DNA of 64,000 nucleotides. Source: Azolla caroliniana (Eukaryota > Plantae > Polypodiophyta). Positions 50,301 to 60,476 of this stretch are shown here, one piece after another (the first letter of the stretch is position 1; each line of letters opens with the position of its first letter). Location of the stretch: the NCBI GenBank assembly GCA_043228905.1, contig JBHGNT010000020.1, positions 8,618,001-8,682,000 on the forward strand, read 5' to 3'. The notes under the pieces were generated by a model that made no database searches, was not told the DNA's origin, and saw only the letters and a program-made list of their open reading frames with translations. Made by a program: the position numbers and the translations under genes.

Positions 50301-51005
50301 TTTGCTGTTATCAATAACAGCACCCCATCCTCCTCGACATAGGAGAGACACCATTCAAGTTCGGGGTAATCCTTATATTTCACCTCAACCGTTTTCTCCT
50401 CTTGCGTACTACCTTTGTTGATTTTGGTAGTAGCCACAGATGACTTGGATCCTCCTTCCCCCGTTGAGTCAAATAAAATCTTTTTACTCGTGTCCTTGAT
50501 GAAGGAGCCAGAATCTCGTTTTGTCGGAGATCGAATCTTCAATCTAAATGAAGGAACTTTTTGTCTGGGTTCACTGAAATTAAAAACGTTGGTGAAAACA
50601 TAGAAACAACGTACAATTTTATCTAAATCACGCAAATTATCATCTAAATTACGTCAATTTTATGGTCCCATGCGATAGTTTTTTATCGCAAAAACAACAT
50701 TCTTTTCAACGCAAATCCGATGCACTGCATCAGATTTTGGAAAGGCAACCAAAATCCGATGCAGTGCCAAAATCCAATGCAGTGCATCGGATTTGCGTTG
50801 AAAGTCGTGCCTTTCAACAAAAATCCGATGCAGTGCATCGGATTTTGGTTGAAGGTCCTGCCTTTCAGAATTGCTTTCCAAGTTCGTTGTACAAAATAAA
50901 ATAAAATTTCTATGTGTTGAGGAAAGGAATCTTTAAGGAATCTTTAGGAATCTTAAAAAATGAAAAGAATATTACTAACCTGACGATTTTCTTTCCCTTG
51001 TTCAT
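47363..51005 (-). pseudogene. six-exon gene for a ParB/Srx-like domain plus beta-class N6A/N4C DNA methyltransferase fusion (about 968 aa reconstructed), with 2 nonsense codons and 1 frameshift
   Basis: Exons 51005-50980, 50573-48936, 48853-48715, 48646-48183, 48093-47804 and 47713-47363. All five introns are GT-AG and phase-compatible. Motifs: YYVIGGSH..A..L and LTHEEAKLLAWDHN (ParB-like), LIADIPYG (motif IV), HWIK, QKPQRLINRLIELFSNPDDWVLDLFSGTGTT (motifs X and I), RNCVALEKD. TAG at 50278-50276 and 49312-49310; one extra T at about 47699. Confidence 0.88.
50703..50853. repeat. cluster of 25-bp palindromes AAATCCGATGCA(G/C)TGCATCGGATTT in intron 1
   Basis: Copies at 50713-50737, 50752-50767 (partial), 50770-50794 and 50821-50845 (perfect). 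Confidence 0.92.
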
Positions 51006-51302
51006 GATTCGTGCCGGAGGTAGTGCTGTCGACGATGTGCTTCTGAGTGCTCGAAAATTGGCCTGTGCTCTGAGCTCGATGGATTCTTTGACGTGATAAT
51101 GAAAATGAAATTTCTAACCTCCTTATATAGAAGACTTTAGCATTCCTTTTAAAATAAAAAATAATTTTTAATTATTTGTTTTTTAGAAAAATGTCGGAAA
51201 ATAATATAGTTAATCTAAGTGTTCGGGTAGTTATATAGTTAGGCTTTAGCATTCCTTAATTTTCTCAAAAGAAGGTTTTAGAATACAGTTAGACTCCCTC
51301 AA
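51006..51302. promoter_or_regulatory. probable bidirectional promoter between the MTase and transposase genes
   Basis: 297-bp AT-rich spacer with a minus-strand CTATATAAG at 51130-51122 and an imperfect direct repeat ttatatag-N4/5-ctttagcattcctt at 51123-51148 and 51231-51257. Confidence 0.55.
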
Positions 51303-53960
51303 ATGTCTTCTTCTACAAGTAGAACATCTCTTTTTTCTATTGCCCCCTTTTCATTGTCAAACAACTCGTATTTCTCAATAGAAGAGTACGACCACAAAAA
51401 ACATTCGCGGCTTAAACAGAAAAGTGTGGCTCCTAGTACTTCGAATTCTCTGTTTTCAATTGATCCTGTTGATGGCCCTCTTCATGCAAGCTTACAAGCG
51501 GACGATTCTTCGTCGATAGATAACAATAGCATTACTAAACCTCTAGCATTTAAAAGAGTTCCTCGACAAGTTAGTGAAAAGAGATTTAATTTCTTATGTT
51601 CTGATCGTCAACTTCTATGCGACTTGAACAAATCGTGTTGTGCGAATCTCTGTCTATCAACTTATGGAAAGTCAAGGTTACGTGAAACACGACAAAAATA
51701 CTTGTCGCTTAATGGGGAAGAGCAAGATACATTTCTTCTTTCGCATATGCAACTTAAATTGGATCACAAAGCAGGGCCTAATTCAACGCAAGTTGAATAT
51801 TTCCTTGGACTAAATACCAAGTGTTGTCGAGCAGCTTTTAAAATCACTCATAGCATTGGAAATATGCGGCTGCAACGAGTTCAAGAGCGACTTCTGAAGG
51901 GCTCCTGGGTACAGTTCGATCAAAATGGTTCTGGATGTAAGGGTCAAATTGGGCAACAGGCAATTAGGTGGATGGAGGTATATTTTTCAAAACAGTGCGA
52001 AGTTATGCCAACGACAGGAAGACTTCATTTTTCAGATAACTTTACTCGAAGGGAAGTTTACCAATCGTACAAGGACGACATGTCTTACATACAGTACAGG
52101 CATTTTAATCGACTATGGAGGTTACAATTTAATAATGTGGTTATCCCACGAAAGGTGCGAATGGGAGTCTGCTCAATATGTGCGAGTTTAAAAAGTATGG
52201 CCAAGGGTGGAAAATCAGATGTAGAGATCAAGAATTACAAGAACCTGTTAAAAGAACATCGTGAAAGTCAGGCATTGGAACGTACTAAGGCTATGCATCA
52301 CCGACAAAAAGCATTTCAATCTCCCGAAAAGTATATGTGCATGATTATTGACGGCATGGATCAAAAGAAAACTTGTTTGCCGCATTTTCAAAGACTCCCC
52401 AAGGATATTGGAGATGAGTGTCTCGTGCAAATGCATCTAGTGGGTTGTTTGACATATTGTCAAACTATAAGACCGCAAGTGTTCTTAACTTATCCCAATA
52501 TCCACAACGACCCTAATCTTACTGTCACTGTCATGCACAGGGTATTGCAATCATGGTCAGGTATACTCCCGCCAGTTCTATATGTGCAACTAGACAACAC
52601 AGCAAGAGAGAATAAGAACTCAACTGTCTTCGGCTATCTAAGCATGCTAGTAGAGGGGGGCATATTTAAAAAGATAAAGGTTAACTTCTTGTTGGTTGGT
52701 CATACCCATGATCACATAGATCAAATGTTCAGTAGGTTCTCAAAGAAACTTGCTCGCTGTAATGCTTTCACACTTCCCACGCTATCCAAATTGATTAGTG
52801 AAGCATATACACCAAAGCCTGAAGTACAACACTTGGAAGAAGTATACGACTTAAAACGTTTCTGCATGGATAGTGACGGGACTAAAGGTAGGGTGCTTGC
52901 ACCTCTTAATAATATAAGTTTCAACCATGTCTTCCTCATAAAACAAAGATCGGCCCACCTCAAGATGACGGTGTTGTTTGCGAAACAATACTCATCTAGT
53001 GCACAATGGGAGCCCCAAGAAGGTTGTAGGCTCCTTCTTCATATCCCAAATGAACCTCTACATGGTGCACAACAAATGTCATATGATGATCGTAAAAATG
53101 TAGCACCAAATAGTACTATTGATGAACAAAGGGCATATTGGTTGAGATGTCTAACAGAGAAACAAAATAATATTGATCGGACTAAGAAGTATGCCGGTGA
53201 TGAGGATGTTGAATGGTGAGAGATTTTCTTCACCCATCAACGCACCATTTTAGATCATTACATCGCCGGTTTATGGCCAATCCGTATCCCATTCACATGG
53301 AACATTGGGATGACATCAACGATATCGCAGACTCATCACCAACAATCGAATAATATGGAGCTTCATGATTTAGTTCGGCCACTGCAAAGAGATATTTATG
53401 TGGGACCAAGAAAGTCACGTACTGTTGAGGCAAGATGGCAAGGTAATTTGCAAGAACTACAAGTGGGAATGTTGGTTGCAACATTAGCAGGGGACGATAC
53501 CTTGGGCCATCCATTTTGGATTGCAAAAATTATTGAATTAGTAAGGGATGAAGAAAGTATTCAGACAAAGTCAATAGTAGTCCACTGGTATCAAACAACT
53601 TCACCTGATGCATTTACAGGAAAGTATTCTTTAGAGATGGTTAAGGATGTCGGATGTTCAAGCAGAAAGAGAAGAAGAAAGAATATATCGAGCACGGCTA
53701 CTCTCGCACTAGACCGTGTTGACATACTAGTATATGACTTCTCATTGACAAAATCAGGTCATCTAAGACAAGCAACTATCAAGATAATAAAGGAGAAAAT
53801 CCCAAAAATGGTGTCAAACGAAATACAGAGAATAACCAGAAGCAATTCTCATAACCACAAAGATGTTGGGTTGGAATTGGATGAGGATAATGCTTTGATT
53901 GCCACTGATGATGAGGATGAGACGTCAGAATGCTCTTCTAGTCCATCAGACATGTCTTAA
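51303..53960 (+). pseudogene. Sola-like (DUF7869-type) DDD transposase, about 885 aa, with a single TGA at 53217-53219
   Basis: ORFs 51303-53219 and 53310-53960 are in one frame and the 90 nt between them are open. Acidic triad candidates IIDGMD, VQLDNTARENKN and FLLVGHTHDHIDQ; Cys clusters CCANLC, CCRAAF and CSIC; located between TIRs. The superfamily name is a motif-based judgement. Confidence 0.82.
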
Positions 53961-54250
53961 CATATTGGTTTGGTTCAAGCTGGGGATTGTTTTACTACAT
54001 GATCGGAAACTTTGTAAATTTGTTTTGGATGTAAACTCACGAATATGTATAATTGTAACTAGTAGACATGTTGTACATTATTTTGTAATTTTGGTGATGT
54101 ATTTTTGGAGGCATTTTACTTATGCCTCAAAGTGGTAGTCATGTTGAAATTCAATATATTTTGCCACCTTTTCTGAAAAGCTTTACGCATGCGTCGTGTC
54201 TTTTTGAAAACTGCGTGCTTTTGTGCCCTTTTTCGACGTAGTGTTCTCAT

Positions 54251-54287
54251 AATGCGACATATTACCTGTTTCAAATAACCTGGTGTT
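54251..54287 (-). repeat. right terminal inverted repeat
   Basis: Reverse complement reads AACACCAGGTTATTTGAAACAGGTAATATGTCGCATT. Confidence 0.95.
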
Positions 54288-54674
54288 TCAGAGAGAATCA
54301 AGTCTTCATTGAAGACTATGTCACCACTCCGAATCATTTTCCGGTTCTTTGGGTCCCATAGACGGTAGCCGAATTTCCCATCGGTTCCATAACCAAGAAA
54401 TATGCATTTTGTCGCATGGGGTACCAACTTGGTCCTTTTCTCCCTAGGGATGAACGCATAGGCTTCGCATCCGAATATATGGAGCCTATCGTAGGTCAAT
54501 TGTTTGCCTGACCATAGTGCATGTGGCACTTCGAGCCTTATTGCTTTCGACGGTGATAGATTTATCAGGTAAACTGCCGTTTGCAACACTTCGGCCCAGA
54601 ACTCCAGCTTTAGTCCAGCTTGTTGGAGCATTGTCGTCACCCTCTCTTGGATTGTTCAGTTGATACGTTCAGCT

Positions 54675-55024
54675 TGTTGTCAAATGTTCGAAAGGATGTG
54701 TTGAAGTATGTGTGAGGACCTCTGATCTATGTTGTCAAATGTTCGAAAGGATGTGCGGAAGTATGTGTGAGGATCTGTGATCTATGCATAGCAAACGACA
54801 CAGATATGTAGCAATGTGAAAAGGAAGAAGAAAGACGATAGAAAATAGTTTATGCTTCAATGGAAGTTCTCTATTCTTATGTAACTCTCTCTCTACAAGA
54901 CTCAAGATACAAGAAGATCTCGTTACAATGTTAGATTAGAGCTTATATACTCAAGCCCTAACTATCGAACGTGTTCACACTTGTAAGGATACAAAGTGGA
55001 AGGAGTTGGCCTTTTATGCCAACA
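54675..55024 (-). repeat. probable LTR remnant with a 55-bp tandem duplication (54675-54784)
   Basis: TGTTG...CAACA termini, minus-strand tatataag at about 54945, interrupts the copia E integrase. No TSD found. Confidence 0.55.
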
Positions 55025-55044
55025 AACAGGAGCATAAACAAATA

Positions 55045-55046
<2 letters not shown>

Positions 55047-55116
<70 letters not shown>

Positions 55117-55120
55117 TAGA
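55047..55120. repeat. (GT)n(GA)n compound microsatellite (second copy about 55602-55659)
   Basis: Read directly from the sequence. Confidence 0.95.
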
Positions 55121-55600
55121 TTATATTATCGTCTTTGGAGGTCAAATATGACCTATGAGACCAAAAATATTACATTTCACGTGATACACATGAAGGTGAG
55201 TAGTGACTCTCGATGTTCAAGAACTTTACCAATGAATGTTGCAATCAAGAGTGCACATTGTGGTTGTGAGAGAAATTCGTACAAGGATTGGGCTCGGTCG
55301 AAGAGATGTGGAAAGCATGGTCGAATATGATCAAAGGTAGAACTTGTTTAGGGCAAAGTGTGCGTAGCCCGCCACTCTCATCACTTGTGCCCCAACGCCT
55401 AGCCTCACATTGCAATGCATGTGAGCTAAGTCACATGGAAGCAACGGTTCGAATGGTAGATAACGGGATGGGCTCTAACATGTATCAATGTGTACGGTTT
55501 CCCCGTTCGGCGAAGAATATGGTTTTGTAGTTAGGTGCAACATGTGTAGTATAATGTGTGAAGTGTGAGCCTCCACATTTGTCCCATGTCATGATACATT

Positions 55601-55662
<62 letters not shown>

Positions 55663-57578
55663 AAGTTTGGTAAGACCAAAATTGGCCCATGAGACAAAAT
55701 TATTAAGATGTGTACCCAATCCATCAAAAATAAAATGAAATGAAAATGAAAATAGCGGGGTACAAAAGTATGAACGGGTGTAGCACATTCTATAAATGAA
55801 ATGACTATGTGTTGAGACTAGTTTCATTTCCATCTAAGTCTCTCAAAACAGAGCTCAATACTCTGAGAGAGATAGATAGATAGATAGATAGATTATATTA
55901 TCGTCTTCGGAGGTAGAGAGAGAGAGAGAATAGACAAGAGAACAAGAACTGAATTATGCTTCTGTAACCGGTGTTGTTCACCTTGACTAAGACCAAGGTG
56001 AAACCCTGTATTTATACATGTTTGTGGGCTCTAAATGTAGTTCCATGTAGAGACTCATTTTCATGCACAAGCTTCTAGAATGTTCCAGCTTCTAGAGCTT
56101 TCTGGAAGCTTCTAAAATTTCCTACACATAGAATAGATAATCTACAATAATCTACTAAGGTAACATGACCATGTATTGGATGTGTTGGTTAAAACATATC
56201 GATTGATTATAATACATTAGGTTAAGCGTTTGAATTATGACATGACTGTTGGTGAATATTAGAATGATCATAGTTGTAACATTTTGTATCTTACTCTCTC
56301 TATGTTGTTTTAGCTCTATGATATATCTACCTAGTGTCGTTATGTTCGAGGTACCCAATAATTAAGAGAGAGTGGAGCGGGTTCAAGTATGTCTTGATGT
56401 TTTTCTTTTACCTTAACGTAAATTGGACATTTGCATGTAAAATGGTACTTGATGAAGAGAGATAAATAAAAGATTGATAAGAGAAGAGGAAGAGAAAAGA
56501 ATGTTGCAATGTACTATTCTACAAACAATACAAACTCATTAGACTCCAAAGAGAACCAAAACACCAAAGAACTACTTGATTTTCAATTGCTCAACCTCAT
56601 AAACGTCCTTCCTTCATCTCCTTCTTTGTTTTGTTATGATTAATCTCTCTTCTTCTAAACTTCAATTCTTCATTCTTTCTCTTCTTTTTTTCTCTATGCC
56701 TAAGAATTCCCTCCTATTTATAGTTTTTCGTGGCGTTCTCAATAGGCTATTCTTGCTTTTTAGTGGATGTACTTGCGTCTATGTGAGTCTTTCAAGATTT
56801 TTATAATATATCCTAAATATAGACCTAGTTATCCTCTATTTACACTGACCTACTTTTTCTATCACTATTTTTTCTTTATAACCTCAAATTTGGTATACAA
56901 GATATTGTTGACTAGTTCGGTTTTGACACTCAAACCAAACAAAATTGTTGCCGATTGTTATGTGGTAAGAAAATATGTAGATATTTTGGTTGTATAATAA
57001 AACCCCACTTAGAGAAATGCACAAAATGGTCCTTAGAGTAAACATTTTAAATGAGAGTAGAGTGGCTTTAATGGGTTGATCCATAATTTGCCATATTTCT
57101 TGGCATATCACTTTATTATGGTCCCCCACAGAGATTAAAGTTTTATTTGTATCATGGTCGTGACTCGTACCTAATAGGAGATAGGTAATTAATGCCTCGG
57201 CCGTTTTCTAAAAGCCAACTTACAGGAGTTAGTATCTCTAGACTCGTAGATTGATTGAGATGCCTCTAAAAGCTTGACGAGGATATCCTATCTTGTAATT
57301 GGCTATGTATCTGTGCGTAATAAAAACTAAAACTTGTTAGTTGAAAGAGTATGTACTTCTAGTAGCACATTATTATGTTACAACACGCACAAATTACGTT
57401 CATTATTTTGAAAAAAAAGGAGAGTTTAGAAGTTATATTAATTCTCCGATAATGAAGTGTTCCTGATATGTGGGAAGAGAGCCTCCAAAGTCCAAAAGCC
57501 CATTCCATTCATTCATTCATTCATTCATTCATTGAGTGTTGTGGTGGTTTGTGTAATTGTGTTGTGCTCTGGCTCTAT

Positions 57579-57695
57579 AGAAAGAAGAAGAAGGAAGAAG
57601 GAAGAAGGGAGAAGAAAGAAGAAGAAGAAGAAGAAGAAGAAGAAGAAGAAGAAGAAGAAGAAGAAGAAAGAAGAAAGAAGAAGAAGAAGAAGAAA
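57579..57695 (+). repeat. (GAA)n microsatellite upstream of the PP2A B' coding start
   Basis: Read directly from the sequence; preceded by a (TTCA)n run at about 57507-57533. Confidence 0.95.
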
Positions 57696-57904
57696 GACAC
57701 ACACACGAACGACGACGCCGTTTTCTGAGTCCACACAGACAAGATCGTTTCGCCTCCTGCGCCTGTTTATCTATCAGACTCCTCGAATTCTCAGGCTTAG
57801 GGTTGGGTTTAGTTAGGTCTTCCATCCGCCTCCCCATCTATATTTACTGCCTCTGGCATGCTTTGCCCCCGCAAACCTGTTCCCAGCAGGCGTGCAAAAA
57901 AGCC

Positions 57905-58984
57905 ATGTTCAACAAGCTCATACGGAAGCCGAGAGCAGAGATATCGTCAGGGAAGCTTGAACAGAGCTACGATGTTTCAGAGACGGATGGCAACGCAGGA
58001 ACATCTTCTTTTCCAGCCTCCTTTGAATTAGAGCAATTGCCTTTTCTGCGAGATGTCGCGATTGTTGATCATCCTGCTCTCTTGCATAAGAAGCTTAACT
58101 TATGCTCTATCGTCTTCGATTTCTCCGATCACAGAAAGAATGTAAAGGAGAAGGACATGAAAAAAAAGACCCTCTTAGAGCTTGTTGACTATATCTCCTC
58201 AGGCACAGCCGACCTCACCAATACTGTATTAGAGGATTATTTCTGCATGATATCAGCAAATCTTTTCAGATCTTTGCCTATTCTGAATCAACATAATGTG
58301 ATTCCTGATACCTTTGATGCAGAAGAAGATGAACTTTGTTTGGCACCTTCATGGGAGCATTTGCAATATGTGTATGAGCTCCTTTTGCGATACCTTGTTT
58401 TAAAAGATACTGATGCGAAAGTCGCAAAAAAGTATATCGACCATTTTTTCGTTCTCCGCCTCTTGGATCTCTTTGATTCTGATGATCCGAGAGAGAGAGA
58501 CTATCTCAAAACAATCTTGCATCGAATCTATGGCAAATTCATGGTTCACCGCCCATTCATTCGGAAAGCTATTAACAACATATTTTATCAATTCATCTTC
58601 GAAACAGAAAAGCATAATGGGATCGGGGAGCTTCTTGAGATCCTAGGAAGCATAATCAACGGATTTGCTCTCCCTCTCAAAGAAGAACATAAGCTATTTC
58701 TAATTAGAGCATTGATACCTCTTCACAAACCAAAATGTTTGGCAGTGTATCACCAACAACTATCAAATTGTGTAGTTCAGTTTGTAGAGAAGGACTTCAA
58801 GCTTGCAGATATTGTTATTAAAGGCTTGATCAAGTATTGGCCTGTGACAAACAGTCAGAAAGAGGTGTTATTTCTTGGAGAGCTGGAGGAGGTGTTAGAA
58901 GCTACTCACACTATTGAGTTCCAAAAATCCATGATACCACTCTTCAAGAAAATCAGTCATAGTCTCAATAGCTCACATTTTCAG
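57905..58984 (+). CDS. PP2A-B': protein phosphatase 2A regulatory subunit B' (B56 family), first coding exon; the gene continues beyond the window
   Basis: B56 motifs [51 protein letters not shown] and [14 protein letters not shown]. The exon ends SSHFQ|gtcagt, the intron position usual in plant B' genes. The following VAERAL exon was not found in the window. Confidence 0.95.
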
Positions 58985-60079
58985 GTCAGTATCCATTGCA
59001 TCATAAGGCTCAATATAAATGTTGTTATTATGACTCCGCGACAAGTGCTTTTTGGAATAATGTTTTATTATCCATTACTTGATCATAATATTCTCATTTT
59101 TGTGTCAAGCTGACCAATAGGAATACCTTCTCTACATCCAGTTCAACATGTCTGATGTTTATAGTCGATATGTGACATGCTAGTTCTGGGATGGAGAAAC
59201 GTTTCTCGAACACATTATAAGAACCATTCATGCCATTTACTTGAAAAGAAATCCATTCTGAATTCCATATGCTATGAAGGAAAATCACTTTTCACACTGT
59301 CTCTAAGCGTACGTGGATGCACAGAAAATACGTGCGAAGAATCAGAGAGATGCACAGAGTGTATATGTGCAACGGAAGTGTTTTACATACTTTGGAAACT
59401 TCTTGGATAATTTGTACGATCATTTTTTAATGGGAATTTTAACATGTGACTTTTTAAGAACTTGCGGTTTATGCTAAGTATTTTGTTACATTCTCCATCC
59501 TATTATACTGGTGATTGGATGTTAAATTCACCAAGTGCACACTAGAGTATTAGCTATAGATTACCCTTTTTGATAGGAATATAAGCATGATGGATTTACT
59601 TGCAAACGTGGCTGTTGATGTTAGTGGTTTTCTATTTCCATTGTTTTAAAAAATAAATTCATGAGCATTCTATTTGAGTTTGCTATTCATCTTTAGTTTT
59701 CTCAGTCAAATCTCGTGCGAAGACTATGAGATTCTTCTTCCTTTCAGCCCATAATTGCTGACAAGTGTTCAATGTATGCATGTGATTTCCCATAATGGTT
59801 GACAAGTTAAACAGGGTTCTAATTCTGAAAATGTCTGGTCATAATCAATGGGTTCATAAAATTGACCCAAACAAACATATAGGCATCTTTACTCATAATT
59901 AGCTTTCACACAATCAATAATCATTGAATATATGCTCGAGAAGAGACTAAGTATTTAGAAGTTTTGACATAATGTGCTGACTGGCCCCATCGCTTGGTAC
60001 CCCTGTATGTATAACTTTATTATTCCGATTATAATCAAAGATTTTGAGTTGAAGAGCGTTTCAACCAGGCCAAGACCCA

Positions 60080-60476
60080 GAAAACTTGAAACACGACTCA
60101 CAGGAGTGTTCCAACCAACCTGTCTGCTCCTGAACAACCCTAATATAGAAATTCATCAGAAACTTTTAGCTGGCCTTTGTATTGATTTTTCGCATACACC
60201 TGCTGGAGTAAGAAAAGACGTCCTTCTTAATATCGTAGTTTTAAACATCCTAATTTCAAAGATTTCGAGACAAAGAGCATTTCAACTAGCACAAGTTCCA
60301 GAAAATTTGAGACAACTAACAGGAGGGTCTCAACCACCAGCTGCTGCTGAACAACCTGAATACAAAAATTCATCACAAACTTTTAGCTAGCCTCTGTATA
60401 CACTTTTTGGCTCTCACCTGCAGGAGTGAGCAGGAACTTTCTTCTTAATATCTTAATTTTAGAAACTCTAATTTTT
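60080..60476. repeat. diverged tandem duplication, period about 221 bp, in the PP2A B' intron
   Basis: 60080-60257 aligns with 60301-60476 (aattcatca.aaacttttagct.gcct.tgta, cacctgc.ggagt, cttcttaatatc). Confidence 0.75.

Larger units (their letters stand above)
46601..54287. mobile_element. 7,687-bp TIR DNA transposon (Sola-like DDD transposase) carrying a ParB-DNA amino-methyltransferase gene
   Basis: 37-bp TIRs (34/37 identical), 4-bp TSD TCAG at 46597-46600 and 54288-54291, clean interruption of a copia ORF, two divergent genes inside. Confidence 0.93.
46100..54674 (-). mobile_element. copia integrase to RT-start fragment 'E', split by the DNA transposon (46100-46600 plus 54288-54674)
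   Basis: INT C-terminus KCIFLGYG...GYRLWDP...DIVFNEDLILS continues on the other side of the TCAG TSD as EQNQ*KIVGKKVSFE. EPTSYEDA lies at about 46150. Confidence 0.85.

Noticed and set aside
50660-50904. Short ORFs with KSDAVHRI repeats on both strands
   Set aside because: Translation artefacts of the intronic palindromes.
47363-51005. Bacterial or phage contamination as the source of the ParB-MTase
   Set aside because: The gene has five phase-consistent spliceosomal introns and lies inside TIRs and a TSD that interrupt a plant copia ORF.
53216-53330. An intron (GTGAGA donor at 53216) removing the transposase stop
   Set aside because: The nearby acceptors give 38-nt or 115-nt introns that break the frame, while simple read-through of the TGA stays in frame. 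A TGG-to-TGA mutation is more parsimonious.
57457-57904. Poly-K/E/F/L ORFs and an N-terminal extension of PP2A B' from 57803
   Set aside because: These derive from the GAA microsatellite and a non-ATG start. The first in-frame ATG in good context is at 57905.
58985-59113. C-terminal 42 aa of the 436-aa ORF
   Set aside because: Read-through into the intron after the conserved HFQ|GT donor.
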